From the NCBI GenBank assembly GCA_019058295.1, contig JAHPZI010000030.1, positions 64,001 through 128,000 on the forward strand: a stretch of 64,000 nucleotides of DNA, written 5' to 3'. The notes below the pieces were generated by a model. That model did not search any database, was not told the DNA's origin, and saw only the letters and a list, made by a program, of their open reading frames with translations. This DNA is from Promethearchaeota archaeon (lineage in GTDB: Archaea > Asgardarchaeota > Lokiarchaeia > Sigyniarchaeales > SOKP01). Every line of letters begins with the position of its first letter. Position 1 is the stretch's first letter. The position numbers and the translations under genes are program-made. Shown here in pieces: positions 30,876 to 40,951 of this stretch.

Positions 30876-31514
30876 TCATGATATATCGAGCATTTTATAT
30901 ATCAATTGGATCAACATGGGTAAAATAAAAATAAATCCAAGTGTATTTCCAATTAGATGTATTGTAGTGAATGGCAATCCTATTATATAAACGGGCCAAA
31001 ATGATTCTAAAGTTCCGTAAATCACCAAAGCACCTATCAATGTAGATATAACATCATATGTGAATGTAATAAATGCCCCTGTGATTGCGAATATTATTAA
31101 AACAGGAAGAACATATAAATCTTCATCTGGTTTAAAAAATTTTTTCTTACCTAAGAAATTACACATTATTCCTCCTAAAAATCCTACTAAAGCGTAATGA
31201 ACTAATTGATAAGCAAAAAGCGGTAAAGGAGAAACTCCATATGGATTAAAAAATACAAATATAAATGAGCTCATTAATCCAACAACCACACCGTCTCTTT
31301 TACCCAATATAAAACCAGATAAGAATATCATCAATGTGAACAATTCAATATTCGGAATAAACACTAAAACATAGCCTAAAACAACCGATAAAGCAGTAAA
31401 AATCCCGAGTAACGCAACCCGGAAAGATGTTCTTTCGAGCCAAACTGTTTGACTTGTTTTTTCTTTTTCTTTTGTTATAACATTTTCTGATTTTTCTTTA
31501 GATTTTAAATCCAA
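30876..31514 (-). CDS. ECF transporter substrate-binding S component (possibly cobalamin)
   Basis: six TMs, ALLGIFTAL...IPNIELFT..IF.SG, FFNPYG, TFTYD, GLPF...H..GN. Confidence 0.75.
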   Translation of the reverse strand: MDLKSKEKSENVITKEKEKTSQTVWLERTSFRVALLGIFTALSVVLGYVLVFIPNIELFTLMIFLSGFILGKRDGVVVGLMSSFIFVFFNPYGVSPLPLFAYQLVHYALVGFLGGIMCNFLGKKKFFKPDEDLYVLPVLIIFAITGAFITFTYDVISTLIGALVIYGTLESFWPVYIIGLPFTTIHLIGNTLGFIFILPMLIQLIYKMLDIS

Positions 31515-31640
31515 AAGCTATCAACCATATGATATTTTTATTATTGTTTTTCAATTTAAATTTTCAAAATATTTTTAATAGATCTAATATTTCTTAATTT
31601 AAAAATTTATAGGAAACTTATCCTACGATAACATACATTT

Positions 31641-33542
31641 TTGTTAAATAAGGTAAAAAAATTGAGAAAACAGTTCTTATTGATAAGTTTGTTCATCTTT
31701 ACAATGGCAATCGGAGCCATAATTTTTTACTCAACACTCCAAAATAATAGAATTGAAGAAGATACTATATTTTCTTCAAATCACATATCTAAACCTAAAT
31801 CAGCTTCTATTCCTGAGAATTATAGTCAAGATTTAGATTTAGATGGTGTTTACGTATATAATGTTACTGATTTCGGTGGAACTACGAGTTGGCATAATTT
31901 TTCATCTGAAGAACCGCTTTATGGATATGAAGGAGATTGGGCGGCAGAAATTGGTGGGCAAATCAAAATTAATATTACAGGTTTTTATAATGAGGACCCA
32001 TTGTATTGGGGAGATATTTTTTATGATTCAATTCCCTGGATGGATATTGAGATCATTAAGAATGATTCAGGTGTGCCAGTGAGCAATTTTACTTTAACAA
32101 ATAGATCCAATACTGAGATATCCTATAATTTAATCCTCGGTTATAGTAGTTTTCAGCCGGGTTTTCTTATTCCTATTGATAATCTAACAAATATAAAGAA
32201 AATAGCGATAGAAGAGGTTGATAAAGCTTACTTTTCAGGGCAGTCTATTGTTGAAGAGTCTTATCATTTTCTTTATATTGGTTACGAGAACGTAGGTGGA
32301 ATGAAAACTAATATGCTTTATGACAAATCGACTGGTTTATTAGTATGGGCAAAAACCTCATTAGGTGGATATCAAATGGAAATAAGCTCGCTGAATTTTA
32401 CTTATAATTTAGATTTAACTTATAATTACACTGTAAAGGCATTTGGTGAGCCTTTTAAATGGTTTAATATGTCAGGTGATTTCAAAGGGAATGTAAATAC
32501 AACTATTAATGGTTTAGTAAGAGTTAATTTTACAGGCTACCATGATAAAGATGTTAATGATAATAGTATTTTTGAAAATCCCATTCCATGGATAGATATT
32601 GCTTTTATTGAGAATAATACTGGAATTTTAAATACAAATTTTACACTTAATGATATATCTAATAGTGAAGCAGCACTAAATCTACACATTGGGTTTAATA
32701 ATTTTAGTTCTGGATTTCTCATTCCTACAAATAATTTAACATCTTTAAAGGAAAATGCAACACTTGAAGGATCAGGAGACCAATCAAACTATCTTCTTTT
32801 TTCAATTGAAGAAACAGGACTAACAGTTAAATTTATTTTTATTGAAACGGGAGGCGAGAATTATTCAATAACAACATATGATAAACGCACTGGTCTCTTA
32901 ATGGCGATGAGAGCAGTTTCAGGCAATTTTTTACTTGATATGGAATTAGTACTATATTATGAAGAATCAAATCCAATTCCACCACCTAATCCCTATACTA
33001 AAACTATTTATAATATTGATGTAGAGGAAAAAAAGGGAGAAAAAGAATATTCTAATTTTACAATACCATTTATACTACTTGGATGTGGCGCTGCGGCATC
33101 ATTTGGTTTGTTAGTATGGAAAAAAGAAACTAAAATGTTAAAATATTTGTTCACTGGAATTTTTGGTGCCATATGTTTTAGTTCATTGTTAGTTTTTAAT
33201 TATTGGCTTAATTCAGGTGCAGCCTCTACTGATGAGAAAAGTAATGAAACGGCTTTAGAAGTTGTAGAAGACATTACATTGATCGTAGATTTTGGAGACG
33301 GAAACATAAAGAGTTGGAAAGGTTTCACTCTTTCGGGAGGAAAAACTACTGTTTTGGATGCGCTTGATAAATATTGCGATATAAAATATGATGATTATGG
33401 TTGGGGTATTTTGGTTACTGAAATTGATGGAGTTGATGGTAAATGGATTTACGAAGTTAATGGTGAAAAACCAGGTCATGGAGCCGATAGGCATTATCTC
33501 CGTGATGGGGACACAATTAGATGGGAATTTCAAGGAAAATAA
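31641..33542 (+). CDS. membrane-anchored extracellular protein with internal domain duplication and C-terminal DUF4430 (transcobalamin-like) domain
   Basis: N-terminal TM, two ~190-aa repeats (IPWxDI...NFTL...GFLIP...YDKxTGLL), two TMs, then VDFGDG...TVLDAL...YGWGILVTEIDG...WIYEVNG...DGDTIRW. Confidence 0.7.
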   Translation: MLNKVKKLRKQFLLISLFIFTMAIGAIIFYSTLQNNRIEEDTIFSSNHISKPKSASIPENYSQDLDLDGVYVYNVTDFGGTTSWHNFSSEEPLYGYEGDWAAEIGGQIKINITGFYNEDPLYWGDIFYDSIPWMDIEIIKNDSGVPVSNFTLTNRSNTEISYNLILGYSSFQPGFLIPIDNLTNIKKIAIEEVDKAYFSGQSIVEESYHFLYIGYENVGGMKTNMLYDKSTGLLVWAKTSLGGYQMEISSLNFTYNLDLTYNYTVKAFGEPFKWFNMSGDFKGNVNTTINGLVRVNFTGYHDKDVNDNSIFENPIPWIDIAFIENNTGILNTNFTLNDISNSEAALNLHIGFNNFSSGFLIPTNNLTSLKENATLEGSGDQSNYLLFSIEETGLTVKFIFIETGGENYSITTYDKRTGLLMAMRAVSGNFLLDMELVLYYEESNPIPPPNPYTKTIYNIDVEEKKGEKEYSNFTIPFILLGCGAAASFGLLVWKKETKMLKYLFTGIFGAICFSSLLVFNYWLNSGAASTDEKSNETALEVVEDITLIVDFGDGNIKSWKGFTLSGGKTTVLDALDKYCDIKYDDYGWGILVTEIDGVDGKWIYEVNGEKPGHGADRHYLRDGDTIRWEFQGK

Positions 33543-33551
33543 AACTTTTTA

Positions 33552-33974
33552 TTATTTTGGGGCGATCTCTTTTAAAATTGGTCCCATTAGCTCAAAAGAC
33601 TTTTTGAGTTTATGAATGTAATAACCAAGCTTAAAGGCTTTCTTACAGTTGGTAAAAAGCATAAAATCGTTATCTTTATCGCCTACTAAAATAATAGTGT
33701 ATCCACTTGTGCCTCTAATTAAGATTTCTTTTAATTCACCTTGATTTAATCCTTCACTTATTTTTTCTCCAAGGGAAATTAACGTTGCTGGTGAAGCAGA
33801 ATAAACATCAGCTACTACATCTGCTGTCTCAGAACTAGCAACCCTTAATCCTGTCTTAGAGACAATTGCAGTTCCTTCTAAATCAGTACTGCTCTCCAGT
33901 GTTTCTAATGATCGCATCAATACATCTAATGTCTCTTGTTTAATTTCAAATTCCGATTCTCCAGTATTTGCCAT
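33552..33974 (-). CDS. Roadblock/LC7 domain protein
   Basis: LEGTAIVSKTGL.VAS...ATLISLGEKI...G.LKEILIRGTSGY. Confidence 0.85.
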   Translation of the reverse strand: MANTGESEFEIKQETLDVLMRSLETLESSTDLEGTAIVSKTGLRVASSETADVVADVYSASPATLISLGEKISEGLNQGELKEILIRGTSGYTIILVGDKDNDFMLFTNCKKAFKLGYYIHKLKKSFELMGPILKEIAPK

Positions 33975-34014
33975 TTTTACAACCTCACTTATGATTATTA
34001 TATTTTCTGAAAAT

Positions 34015-35430
34015 TTAAATCTTTTTTAAATGGAAACTTCTTAACTCTTTTAAAACTGGCTCGCTTTTTTTTAATTTTATCTCTTTGCTTTCAATTCCGA
34101 CAATTACTGCTCCTTTGGTTCCAAAAGTGCTTAAAATCTTTGTGAATGGGGACTCTAATTTTTTCCCAACAATTTTTTTTGCTCCGATAGCGCTCTTAGC
34201 TAATCCTTCACATACTATTCCTTGAGGATGATTAGGATTTTGAATTCGCCCTTTTTTTATTTTATATTTGTAAAATAAAGGAGGTTCAGTATGAATTTTT
34301 ATTATTTCTGCTGAACCTATTATTCTAAGCGTGGTCGGCGGTAAATCTAATCGACTAATAAGCATAATTGCTTTTTCTTTTCTTATTAAAACTCTTTCTT
34401 TTAACCATAAAATGGCTATAAATCCTTTATTATTGCTTGATGCTGTAGTTTTAACTCTTTTACCATCCAGTTCGTAATAAGGATAAATATTTCCTACCGC
34501 CGTCACCATTCCTATTGTAACATGGACTTGAGTACCAAAACGGGTTTCAGGTTTAAATAAATTATTATTATTGACTTTTACTTCTATAATATCGCAATAT
34601 TCAAATGCATTTTTATTATTTGTAGCATAACACCCCCGATAAATCTTGTTGATATTTAGATTCTTTACATTGATACCAACACGATCACCTGCTTTAGCAG
34701 ATTCAACATTTTGATGAAAAATTTGAATATTTTTAACTCTTCCTGAAGTATTTACTGGTAACACTTCTAAATATTGATTTAAAGTTAATTTTCCTTTTAA
34801 TATTGTCCCTGTGATAACAGCACCCATTCCTTTGATTGAAAAATGGTGATCAATAGGAATTACCACATCCCCCTCAAAATCTCTTTTAATATCTAAAGTT
34901 TCAATTGTTTTTAAAATACCATCTTTTAAATTTTCAAATCCATCTCTATTCTTAGCAGAAACCGTGTAAATCGGTATATTTGCTCCAAAAGAGGTGGATT
35001 CAAAAAATTTTTTGGTTTTCGTAATTTCTTCATCAAGGTTTCCCTTAAATAGATCTATTTTGTTAAGAATTACTATTATCTTTTTTATATTAAGCGCTTC
35101 AATCATGATTAAATGTTCTCCAGTTTGAACTTGAGGACCTTTATTTATATCAATAACTAATAACGCACAATCTATTATCTCTATAGAAGAAGCGCTTATT
35201 TTAATCAAATCAGCATGTCCAGGACCATCTACTAAAGTTACCAGATAATTATCTAGTATAAAGCTTGTAAATCCCATATCGATTGTAATACCTCTTTCTT
35301 TGCTTTGTGGATGTGCATCAATACCAGCAGTTGATATAAATTCGCTTAAAACAGCAGCAATAGCCGTTTTGCCACAATCAATATGACCAAATAATCCAAG
35401 ATGAATTGGAATTTTTTTCTCAATTTCCAT
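34015..35430 (-). CDS. selB: selenocysteine-specific elongation factor SelB/aEFSec
   Basis: GHIDCGKT, ERGITIDMGF, DGPGHADL, QTGEH, NKID, PIDHHF..KGMG.V.TGT (DH.F typical of SelB); near tRNA-Sec and SepSecS. Confidence 0.93.
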   Translation of the reverse strand: MEIEKKIPIHLGLFGHIDCGKTAIAAVLSEFISTAGIDAHPQSKERGITIDMGFTSFILDNYLVTLVDGPGHADLIKISASSIEIIDCALLVIDINKGPQVQTGEHLIMIEALNIKKIIVILNKIDLFKGNLDEEITKTKKFFESTSFGANIPIYTVSAKNRDGFENLKDGILKTIETLDIKRDFEGDVVIPIDHHFSIKGMGAVITGTILKGKLTLNQYLEVLPVNTSGRVKNIQIFHQNVESAKAGDRVGINVKNLNINKIYRGCYATNNKNAFEYCDIIEVKVNNNNLFKPETRFGTQVHVTIGMVTAVGNIYPYYELDGKRVKTTASSNNKGFIAILWLKERVLIRKEKAIMLISRLDLPPTTLRIIGSAEIIKIHTEPPLFYKYKIKKGRIQNPNHPQGIVCEGLAKSAIGAKKIVGKKLESPFTKILSTFGTKGAVIVGIESKEIKLKKSEPVLKELRSFHLKKI

Positions 35431-35575
35431 TTTTAAAATTAACTTTTAATTAAAACTAAAAAAATTTTAACGAAACACATAAAAGATGAATGGTAAAATT
35501 TGGACTAATATAACTTTTTTAATTATAAATTTCATTTAAAATATATTATAATAATATGTAAAAAAAACCTAAATC

Positions 35576-36469
35576 ATGCCTAAATTTTGCGTATATTGTG
35601 GGAAACCAACCAAAAAAAATGATAAATTCTGTATCTCCTGTGGGAAACCATTACTTGCTAATTTACCAAAAACCGAAAAAAAATCCGAAACGGCGGTTTC
35701 TGAAAAGTCTAAAGAAAAAGATCTCGATAAAAAGAAAAAAAAGAAAGATAAAAAAGAAAAAGAAGTAGAAACGGAACTAGAAGAAGAAATGGAATTGGAA
35801 GAAGATTTTGATGAAGTCGAAAAGAAATTAAAAAAAAAACAACAACAAAAAAAAGAAGTAAATCCCCTTTCAGAGGACGTAAAAGAACAAATAGAATTTC
35901 ATCTTGAACTTAACGAAATTAGTGAAAAAAAGAAAAATCTAGCTGAGAAATTGAAAGAATTACAAAAAATGGTGAAAAGTCCACAATATGATACCGATTT
36001 TGAGTTCGGGGAAAAAATAAATATTCAATTAAAAGCAGTTAAAACACTTATCGGAGAATTAAAACAAAAAGAAAATGAGTTAAAAGAAAAGGTTACAGAT
36101 AAATTTATTGTAGAAAAATTAAATACCGATATTGCAGTCAAGAGAGATCAGCTTAAAAATCTATGGAGAGAGCATAAATTAAAAAAGATAAGAGATAAGG
36201 ATGTAGTTAGAAAATTAAAAGAAAAGTATAAACAGCAACTAGAAAATTTTATTTCTGAAAAGGAAGAATTGATTGCTGGAATAAATTTATGGATTGAAGA
36301 TCTAATTGACAGAAAAAGCGAGCTTACAACAGAAAAAAACTTTAATAAGGCAAGATTTTCTTCTAAAGAAATATCAGAAAATGAGTTTAAAGAAAAAGAC
36401 AGTGAGTTTGTAAAACAAATAGATAATGTGGATAGTAAAATTAAAACCTTAAAGACTCTTATAAAATAA
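35576..36469 (+). CDS. zinc-ribbon + long coiled-coil hypothetical protein
   Basis: FCVYCG...FCISCG N-terminus followed by K/E-rich heptad helices. Confidence 0.7.
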   Translation: MPKFCVYCGKPTKKNDKFCISCGKPLLANLPKTEKKSETAVSEKSKEKDLDKKKKKKDKKEKEVETELEEEMELEEDFDEVEKKLKKKQQQKKEVNPLSEDVKEQIEFHLELNEISEKKKNLAEKLKELQKMVKSPQYDTDFEFGEKINIQLKAVKTLIGELKQKENELKEKVTDKFIVEKLNTDIAVKRDQLKNLWREHKLKKIRDKDVVRKLKEKYKQQLENFISEKEELIAGINLWIEDLIDRKSELTTEKNFNKARFSSKEISENEFKEKDSEFVKQIDNVDSKIKTLKTLIK

Positions 36470-36522
36470 GGTATTCTAACGAAAATTTAATTGCTTTCTA
36501 TTATTTTAAAAGTTGATAAGAA

Positions 36523-36663
36523 ATGAGAAAAAGTTTGATCGCTTTTATAATACTTCTAATAGCCTTGTCATTTTTAGTTGTAGGGATTATTGAGGGGCAA
36601 ATCCTTCTTATAGAACCATTTTACGAGGAGATGTCTGAATTTGAAGCATATGGCACTTCCTAA
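36523..36663 (+). CDS. small single-TM protein (46 aa; not in the ORF track)
   Basis: hand translation MRKSLIAFIILLIALSFLVVGIIEGQILLIEPFYEEMSEFEAYGTS*; fills the intergenic gap. Confidence 0.55.
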   Translation: MRKSLIAFIILLIALSFLVVGIIEGQILLIEPFYEEMSEFEAYGTS

Positions 36664-36681
36664 TGATTGTTATCTCTAGTT

Positions 36682-37011
36682 TTAATCCCATTTTCCCCTT
36701 TTGGTAGAAGTGGAATCTTCCAAAAAGCCCTTTTTTTGGATTAATTTTTCGTCTGATTTTCTCATTTTATTGGCCTCTTTATAGTGTTTTTTACATAAAA
36801 AAATTTTACGTAGTCTATTTTCATTAAGCTTTAAGTTTGCTTTTTCACAAACCTTTGACCATTTATTCTCTGAAAGAGAACGTATAGCTGATTCACCACA
36901 TTCTATTACAGAACATTTTTTTGCTTTACTTGCCGTTCCACTAAGATCGCTTTTCTCTCTGAGTTCTTTTGGAAGTTTCATAGTGTTTGAATGGGAAAAA
37001 ATTTTATTCAA
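36682..37011 (-). CDS. small basic Zn-binding hypothetical protein
   Basis: CSVIEC...A.RS...LCKKHYKE; real start may be the internal ATG (MKLPKE). Confidence 0.65.
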   Translation of the reverse strand: MNKIFSHSNTMKLPKELREKSDLSGTASKAKKCSVIECGESAIRSLSENKWSKVCEKANLKLNENRLRKIFLCKKHYKEANKMRKSDEKLIQKKGFLEDSTSTKRGKWD

Positions 37012-37052
37012 ATAAATATTAAGTTTTGTAAATAACTGATATCTTAAAATTT

Positions 37053-37775
37053 TTGCTAGAACTCATGGACAAATTAGACTTAATTTTTAATAAAAATTTG
37101 ATAAAGAAAAGGATTTTTCCTTTTGACTCTTCTAAGAGAATCTCTATCAAAGACGAATTTTTTAAATCATCAGCCGTTTTATTTGCAATAATTCCCTATA
37201 AGGAAAAGCCTTATGATTTAATATTAATACATCGGACTAATAGGGGTTCAAAACATGCAGGTGAAATGAGTTTTCCAGGAGGAAGTTTCGATTCTAATCA
37301 TGATACATCTTTAAAAGATACAGCATTGAGAGAGACCGAAGAGGAAATTGGAGTGCCTAGGGAAAAAATAAAAATATTAGGCTGTCTCGACGACTTTCCC
37401 ACGATGACCAGGTTCATCATTTCCCCCTTTATTGGTATTATTGATAAAGATCAAATTTTAACTAAAGAAGAGAGAGAAGTCCAAGAGATTATAAAAATCC
37501 CCATCGATTTTTTTATCAGTAAAAAAAATTTCAGGGAGCAAGCTATTGATATTGAGGGCAATAAATTCCCAATTTTCTATTTTAATTATAAAAATAAAGA
37601 AAATAATAAAACATATACAGTGTGGGGTGCAACTGCTTATATGATTTCAAATTTTATTGAAATTGTCTATGACATAGATCTATCGGAACTTGGATTAAAA
37701 CGTTTTAAATTGGAAAATATCAAACAATTAAAGGATTACATAAAATACAGAAGAAAGATTACAAGTAAATTTTAA
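37053..37775 (+). CDS. Nudix CoA pyrophosphatase (NudL/PCD1-like), paralog 1
   Basis: SAVL, KHAGEMSFPGG, TALRETEEEIG, VWGATA. Confidence 0.88.
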   Translation: MLELMDKLDLIFNKNLIKKRIFPFDSSKRISIKDEFFKSSAVLFAIIPYKEKPYDLILIHRTNRGSKHAGEMSFPGGSFDSNHDTSLKDTALRETEEEIGVPREKIKILGCLDDFPTMTRFIISPFIGIIDKDQILTKEEREVQEIIKIPIDFFISKKNFREQAIDIEGNKFPIFYFNYKNKENNKTYTVWGATAYMISNFIEIVYDIDLSELGLKRFKLENIKQLKDYIKYRRKITSKF

Positions 37776-37803
37776 TATGTAGAAAATTATAAAAATAAAT
37801 ATT

Positions 37804-38469
37804 ATGACCTATATCGATTTTATTTTTAATGAAGATTTTATTAAAAATAAATTAAAATCTTTTAATTCTAATAATAGGCTCTCTCTTGTAGATGAAAAAT
37901 TTGTTAATTCCGCAGTAATTTTTCTAATTATCCCTTACAATAATAAACCTTATGATTTAGTCCTGATTCGCCGTACTAGTAGAAAAGGTGACAAACATTC
38001 AGGAGAAATGGCATTTCCTGGAGGTAAATTTGACGAGCATTTTGATAATACTTATCAAGATACTGCGTTAAGAGAGATAAAAGAAGAATTAGGCATTCAA
38101 AATGAAGAAATCAAATTATTAGGATGTTTTGACGATCACATAACGCCAAAAAAATTTATTATTACTCCTTTTGTTGGATATGTTGATGAACATCAAAAAA
38201 TGACGAAATGTGAAGAGGAAGTACAAGAAATTGTTAAGATTCCAATTACATTTTTCACCAATAAAAAAAATTATAGAGAAAGAACTTATAAACTTAAAAA
38301 TAATACAATTGCGGTAGGAAAATATAATTATCGAGCACCCAATAATGAAAAAAAATATGTTATCTTCGGAGCGACTACGCATATGATAGTGAGTTTCATT
38401 GAATTAGTTTACGATCTTAAACTTATAACTCTTGGAGCAAGACGACTAATATGTGAAGATTTTGGATAA
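37804..38469 (+). CDS. Nudix CoA pyrophosphatase (NudL/PCD1-like), paralog 2
   Basis: SAVI, KHSGEMAFPGG, TALREIKEELG, IFGATT. Confidence 0.88.
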   Translation: MTYIDFIFNEDFIKNKLKSFNSNNRLSLVDEKFVNSAVIFLIIPYNNKPYDLVLIRRTSRKGDKHSGEMAFPGGKFDEHFDNTYQDTALREIKEELGIQNEEIKLLGCFDDHITPKKFIITPFVGYVDEHQKMTKCEEEVQEIVKIPITFFTNKKNYRERTYKLKNNTIAVGKYNYRAPNNEKKYVIFGATTHMIVSFIELVYDLKLITLGARRLICEDFG

Positions 38470-38580
38470 AAATGTTTTTTTATTTTATCTTTTTTAGGCT
38501 TAGGAAATTAATATTAAAAAATAATAGTTAATTTCATTTAAAATAATAGATAATTTGATTTAGGTAAAATAATTTTTTAT

Positions 38581-38703
38581 GGCCCTTGACGGTCGGAATT
38601 GATCAAAAATTAGTTGGTCAACGATAAGTGGTCTCTGACGCTGGGCTTCAAACCCAGTTATCCTGCGGAGGGATAGGGGTTCGATTCCCCTCGAGGGCCG
38701 CCA
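38581..38703 (+). tRNA. selC: tRNA-Sec (UCA) with a 30-nt BHB intron in the D-arm (38598-38627) and encoded CCA
   Basis: 9-bp acceptor GGCCCTTGA/TCGAGGGCC + GCCA; 4-bp T-stem GGGG-TTCGATT-CCCC; anticodon arm CTGGG-CTTCAAA-CCCAG (TCA at 38648-50); long variable arm; intron removal gives the 7-bp D-stem GTCGGAG-TGGT-CTCTGAC. Confidence 0.95.
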
Positions 38704-38730
38704 TCTTAAATTAAAAAAATGTGATCTTAT

Positions 38731-40098
38731 ATGGTTGATTTTAATAAAATAAGCGAATTTTTTGAAAATTCTTCTATTCCTCAAAATATGTTAAATAGAG
38801 GTCAGATTGTTTTAGATAATTTCTTGAAACCAATAAAAATTCTATTTGAACAGAAAAGTGTGCCAAAAGAACCTTGGAGCGACGAGCAAATTGAGTTTTT
38901 ACTTCAGATTCTTTCTAATATGGATACTGATAAGGATGATAGAGCTGCTAGAGTGGGTGAAAGAGAAGCAAGAATCGCTTCTAAACTACAATTAAAAACT
39001 TCTGGTGGTTTTTGTCATGGAGTTGGTCGCTCTGGTTTTTTAACAGCTCCACAACCAAAGGCTCCGGGTGGGTCAATAATGTACGAAATCTCTAATTTTT
39101 TAGCACGAAATTTTCTAAAAAATTTTGGCTTACCTAATATTAAAAAGGCAATAGTAGTACCTCTCTGTACTGGAATGTCATTGGCATTATGCCTAGGCGC
39201 TTTAAAACCTGATTGGAATGATAATAAGTTCATAAATAAGAGAAAAGTTATACTTCCCAGAATTGACCATCAATCAATATTAAAAGCAATTGATTTAATA
39301 GGTTGTAATGTAAAGCTCGTTAATGGAAAGATTTTTGGAGATGCTGTTCGAGTTCCTATTGAGGATATTAAAAGCAATTTGGATGACAATTGTTTTGCCA
39401 TTATTTCAATTACGAGCTTTTTTCCACCGCGAGAACACGATAATATTAAAGAAATTAGCAAATTTGCGAAGGAACATGACCTTGTGCATATCATTATTAA
39501 CGCTTATGGTGTTCAAGGTATAGAATGGATGAAATTAATTCGTACTGCCATTGACGCGGGAAGAGTCGATGTGATCATTCAATCTACAGATAAGAATTTC
39601 CTTACTCCCGTGGGTGGAGCTATAATTGCATCTCCGCACGATGATTTAATCACTAAGATTAGCCATACATACGCTGGTCGTGCATCTGCAACTCCCATTG
39701 TGAATTTTTTAATTTCCACGCTTTCGTTGGGACTCACTGGTTATCAAAATCTGTTAGAGGAACAAGAAAAAAATCGTAAATTACTTGAAAAGAGATTAGT
39801 AGAGATTGCAAAAAAAATAAATGAAAGAATTTTAGAAATATATAATCCAGTTGCTGTTGCATTATCTCTTGAAAAACTAAAGAAAGAACAAATTTCCGAA
39901 TTAGGAGGGGCTCTCTATAATTTACGGGTTACTGGACCTAGAGTTTTTAATCCAGAGGATAAAAATTTTGGTATGTGCTGTGATAACTATCCCATACCAT
40001 ATATTGTAATGAACGCCTCAATAGGAGCTAAATCTAATGATATTATAACTGCAATCGAAAGATTTGAAAAAGCTTATGAACAAATAATTAAGAAATAA
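38731..40098 (+). CDS. spcS: O-phosphoseryl-tRNA(Sec) selenium transferase SepSecS
   Basis: MDTDKD...VGEREAR, HGVGRSG...QPKAPG, TGMSL, NAYGVQ, QSTDKNF..PVGG, YAGRA. Confidence 0.96.
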   Translation: MVDFNKISEFFENSSIPQNMLNRGQIVLDNFLKPIKILFEQKSVPKEPWSDEQIEFLLQILSNMDTDKDDRAARVGEREARIASKLQLKTSGGFCHGVGRSGFLTAPQPKAPGGSIMYEISNFLARNFLKNFGLPNIKKAIVVPLCTGMSLALCLGALKPDWNDNKFINKRKVILPRIDHQSILKAIDLIGCNVKLVNGKIFGDAVRVPIEDIKSNLDDNCFAIISITSFFPPREHDNIKEISKFAKEHDLVHIIINAYGVQGIEWMKLIRTAIDAGRVDVIIQSTDKNFLTPVGGAIIASPHDDLITKISHTYAGRASATPIVNFLISTLSLGLTGYQNLLEEQEKNRKLLEKRLVEIAKKINERILEIYNPVAVALSLEKLKKEQISELGGALYNLRVTGPRVFNPEDKNFGMCCDNYPIPYIVMNASIGAKSNDIITAIERFEKAYEQIIKK

Positions 40099-40216
40099 AA
40101 AATATTTTTTTACTATCGTAATCGAAATGAAAATATATATAAAAATTATAATTATTATAAGAATATTGTATATTGTATAATCAAATTCTAAAAAATAACA
40201 TGGGTTCTAATCAATT

Positions 40217-40897
40217 ATGGAAAATCGATTGTTAGATCAATTTAACTCTGTAATCACATCCGAATGGTTATCCACAAATATAACTGAAGAGTTCGCTCCT
40301 TTAAACCATAAAGAATTGTTCGAATTAGGGTATCACACGAATAACAATGTAAGTACGAGAAATATTTTCATAAAATTATCCCAAAATGAAAATAAAGGTG
40401 GTTCAAAAGCAATTCTTTATTCAAATACAAAAAAATTTATTTTAATCGAAGCTTTAGATGATAATTTATCTATTACAAAGTATTTCAATGAGGGCACTAC
40501 TGGTGATAAATTAATTAATGAAATAGCCCCCAAACTTAAAGCTAGGAAGGAAATTTTTGCTAAAAAAGAAGAGAACGAGAAAGAGCAAATTCTTAAATCT
40601 ATTTTGGTTGAAAGAAAGCTGGATGAATGTGCTAATCTAGTAATGATAAAAGGTGTCAATAGAAAGATTTATTTCGCAATTGGGGATGCCCGAGAATCTG
40701 CTGCGGTTGTGCCAATGTTTATGGAAGCTGAAGGAGCAAGTTTAGTGCAATTAGCATTGAACAAGTGGATGAGCGTTACACAAAAATTAGAACCAGATAA
40801 AACTTTCCCAGAAAACCATGTCCCTGGATTACTCAAGAACTTAATGCAAATAAAGAAATGGTTGTTAAATTTAGTTTCTATTAATTTAGATAAATAA
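40217..40897 (+). CDS. hypothetical protein
   Basis: 226-aa ORF with typical codon usage and no recognised motif. Confidence 0.7.
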   Translation: MENRLLDQFNSVITSEWLSTNITEEFAPLNHKELFELGYHTNNNVSTRNIFIKLSQNENKGGSKAILYSNTKKFILIEALDDNLSITKYFNEGTTGDKLINEIAPKLKARKEIFAKKEENEKEQILKSILVERKLDECANLVMIKGVNRKIYFAIGDARESAAVVPMFMEAEGASLVQLALNKWMSVTQKLEPDKTFPENHVPGLLKNLMQIKKWLLNLVSINLDK

Positions 40898-40951
40898 GAA
40901 AAAGCTAATCCTTTTTTTTCCAATAAACTGGGCGATAAAAAAAGTATAAAA

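Noticed and set aside
38560-38784. 74-aa minus-strand ORF
   Set aside because: It is the antisense shadow of tRNA-Sec and the sepsecS start.
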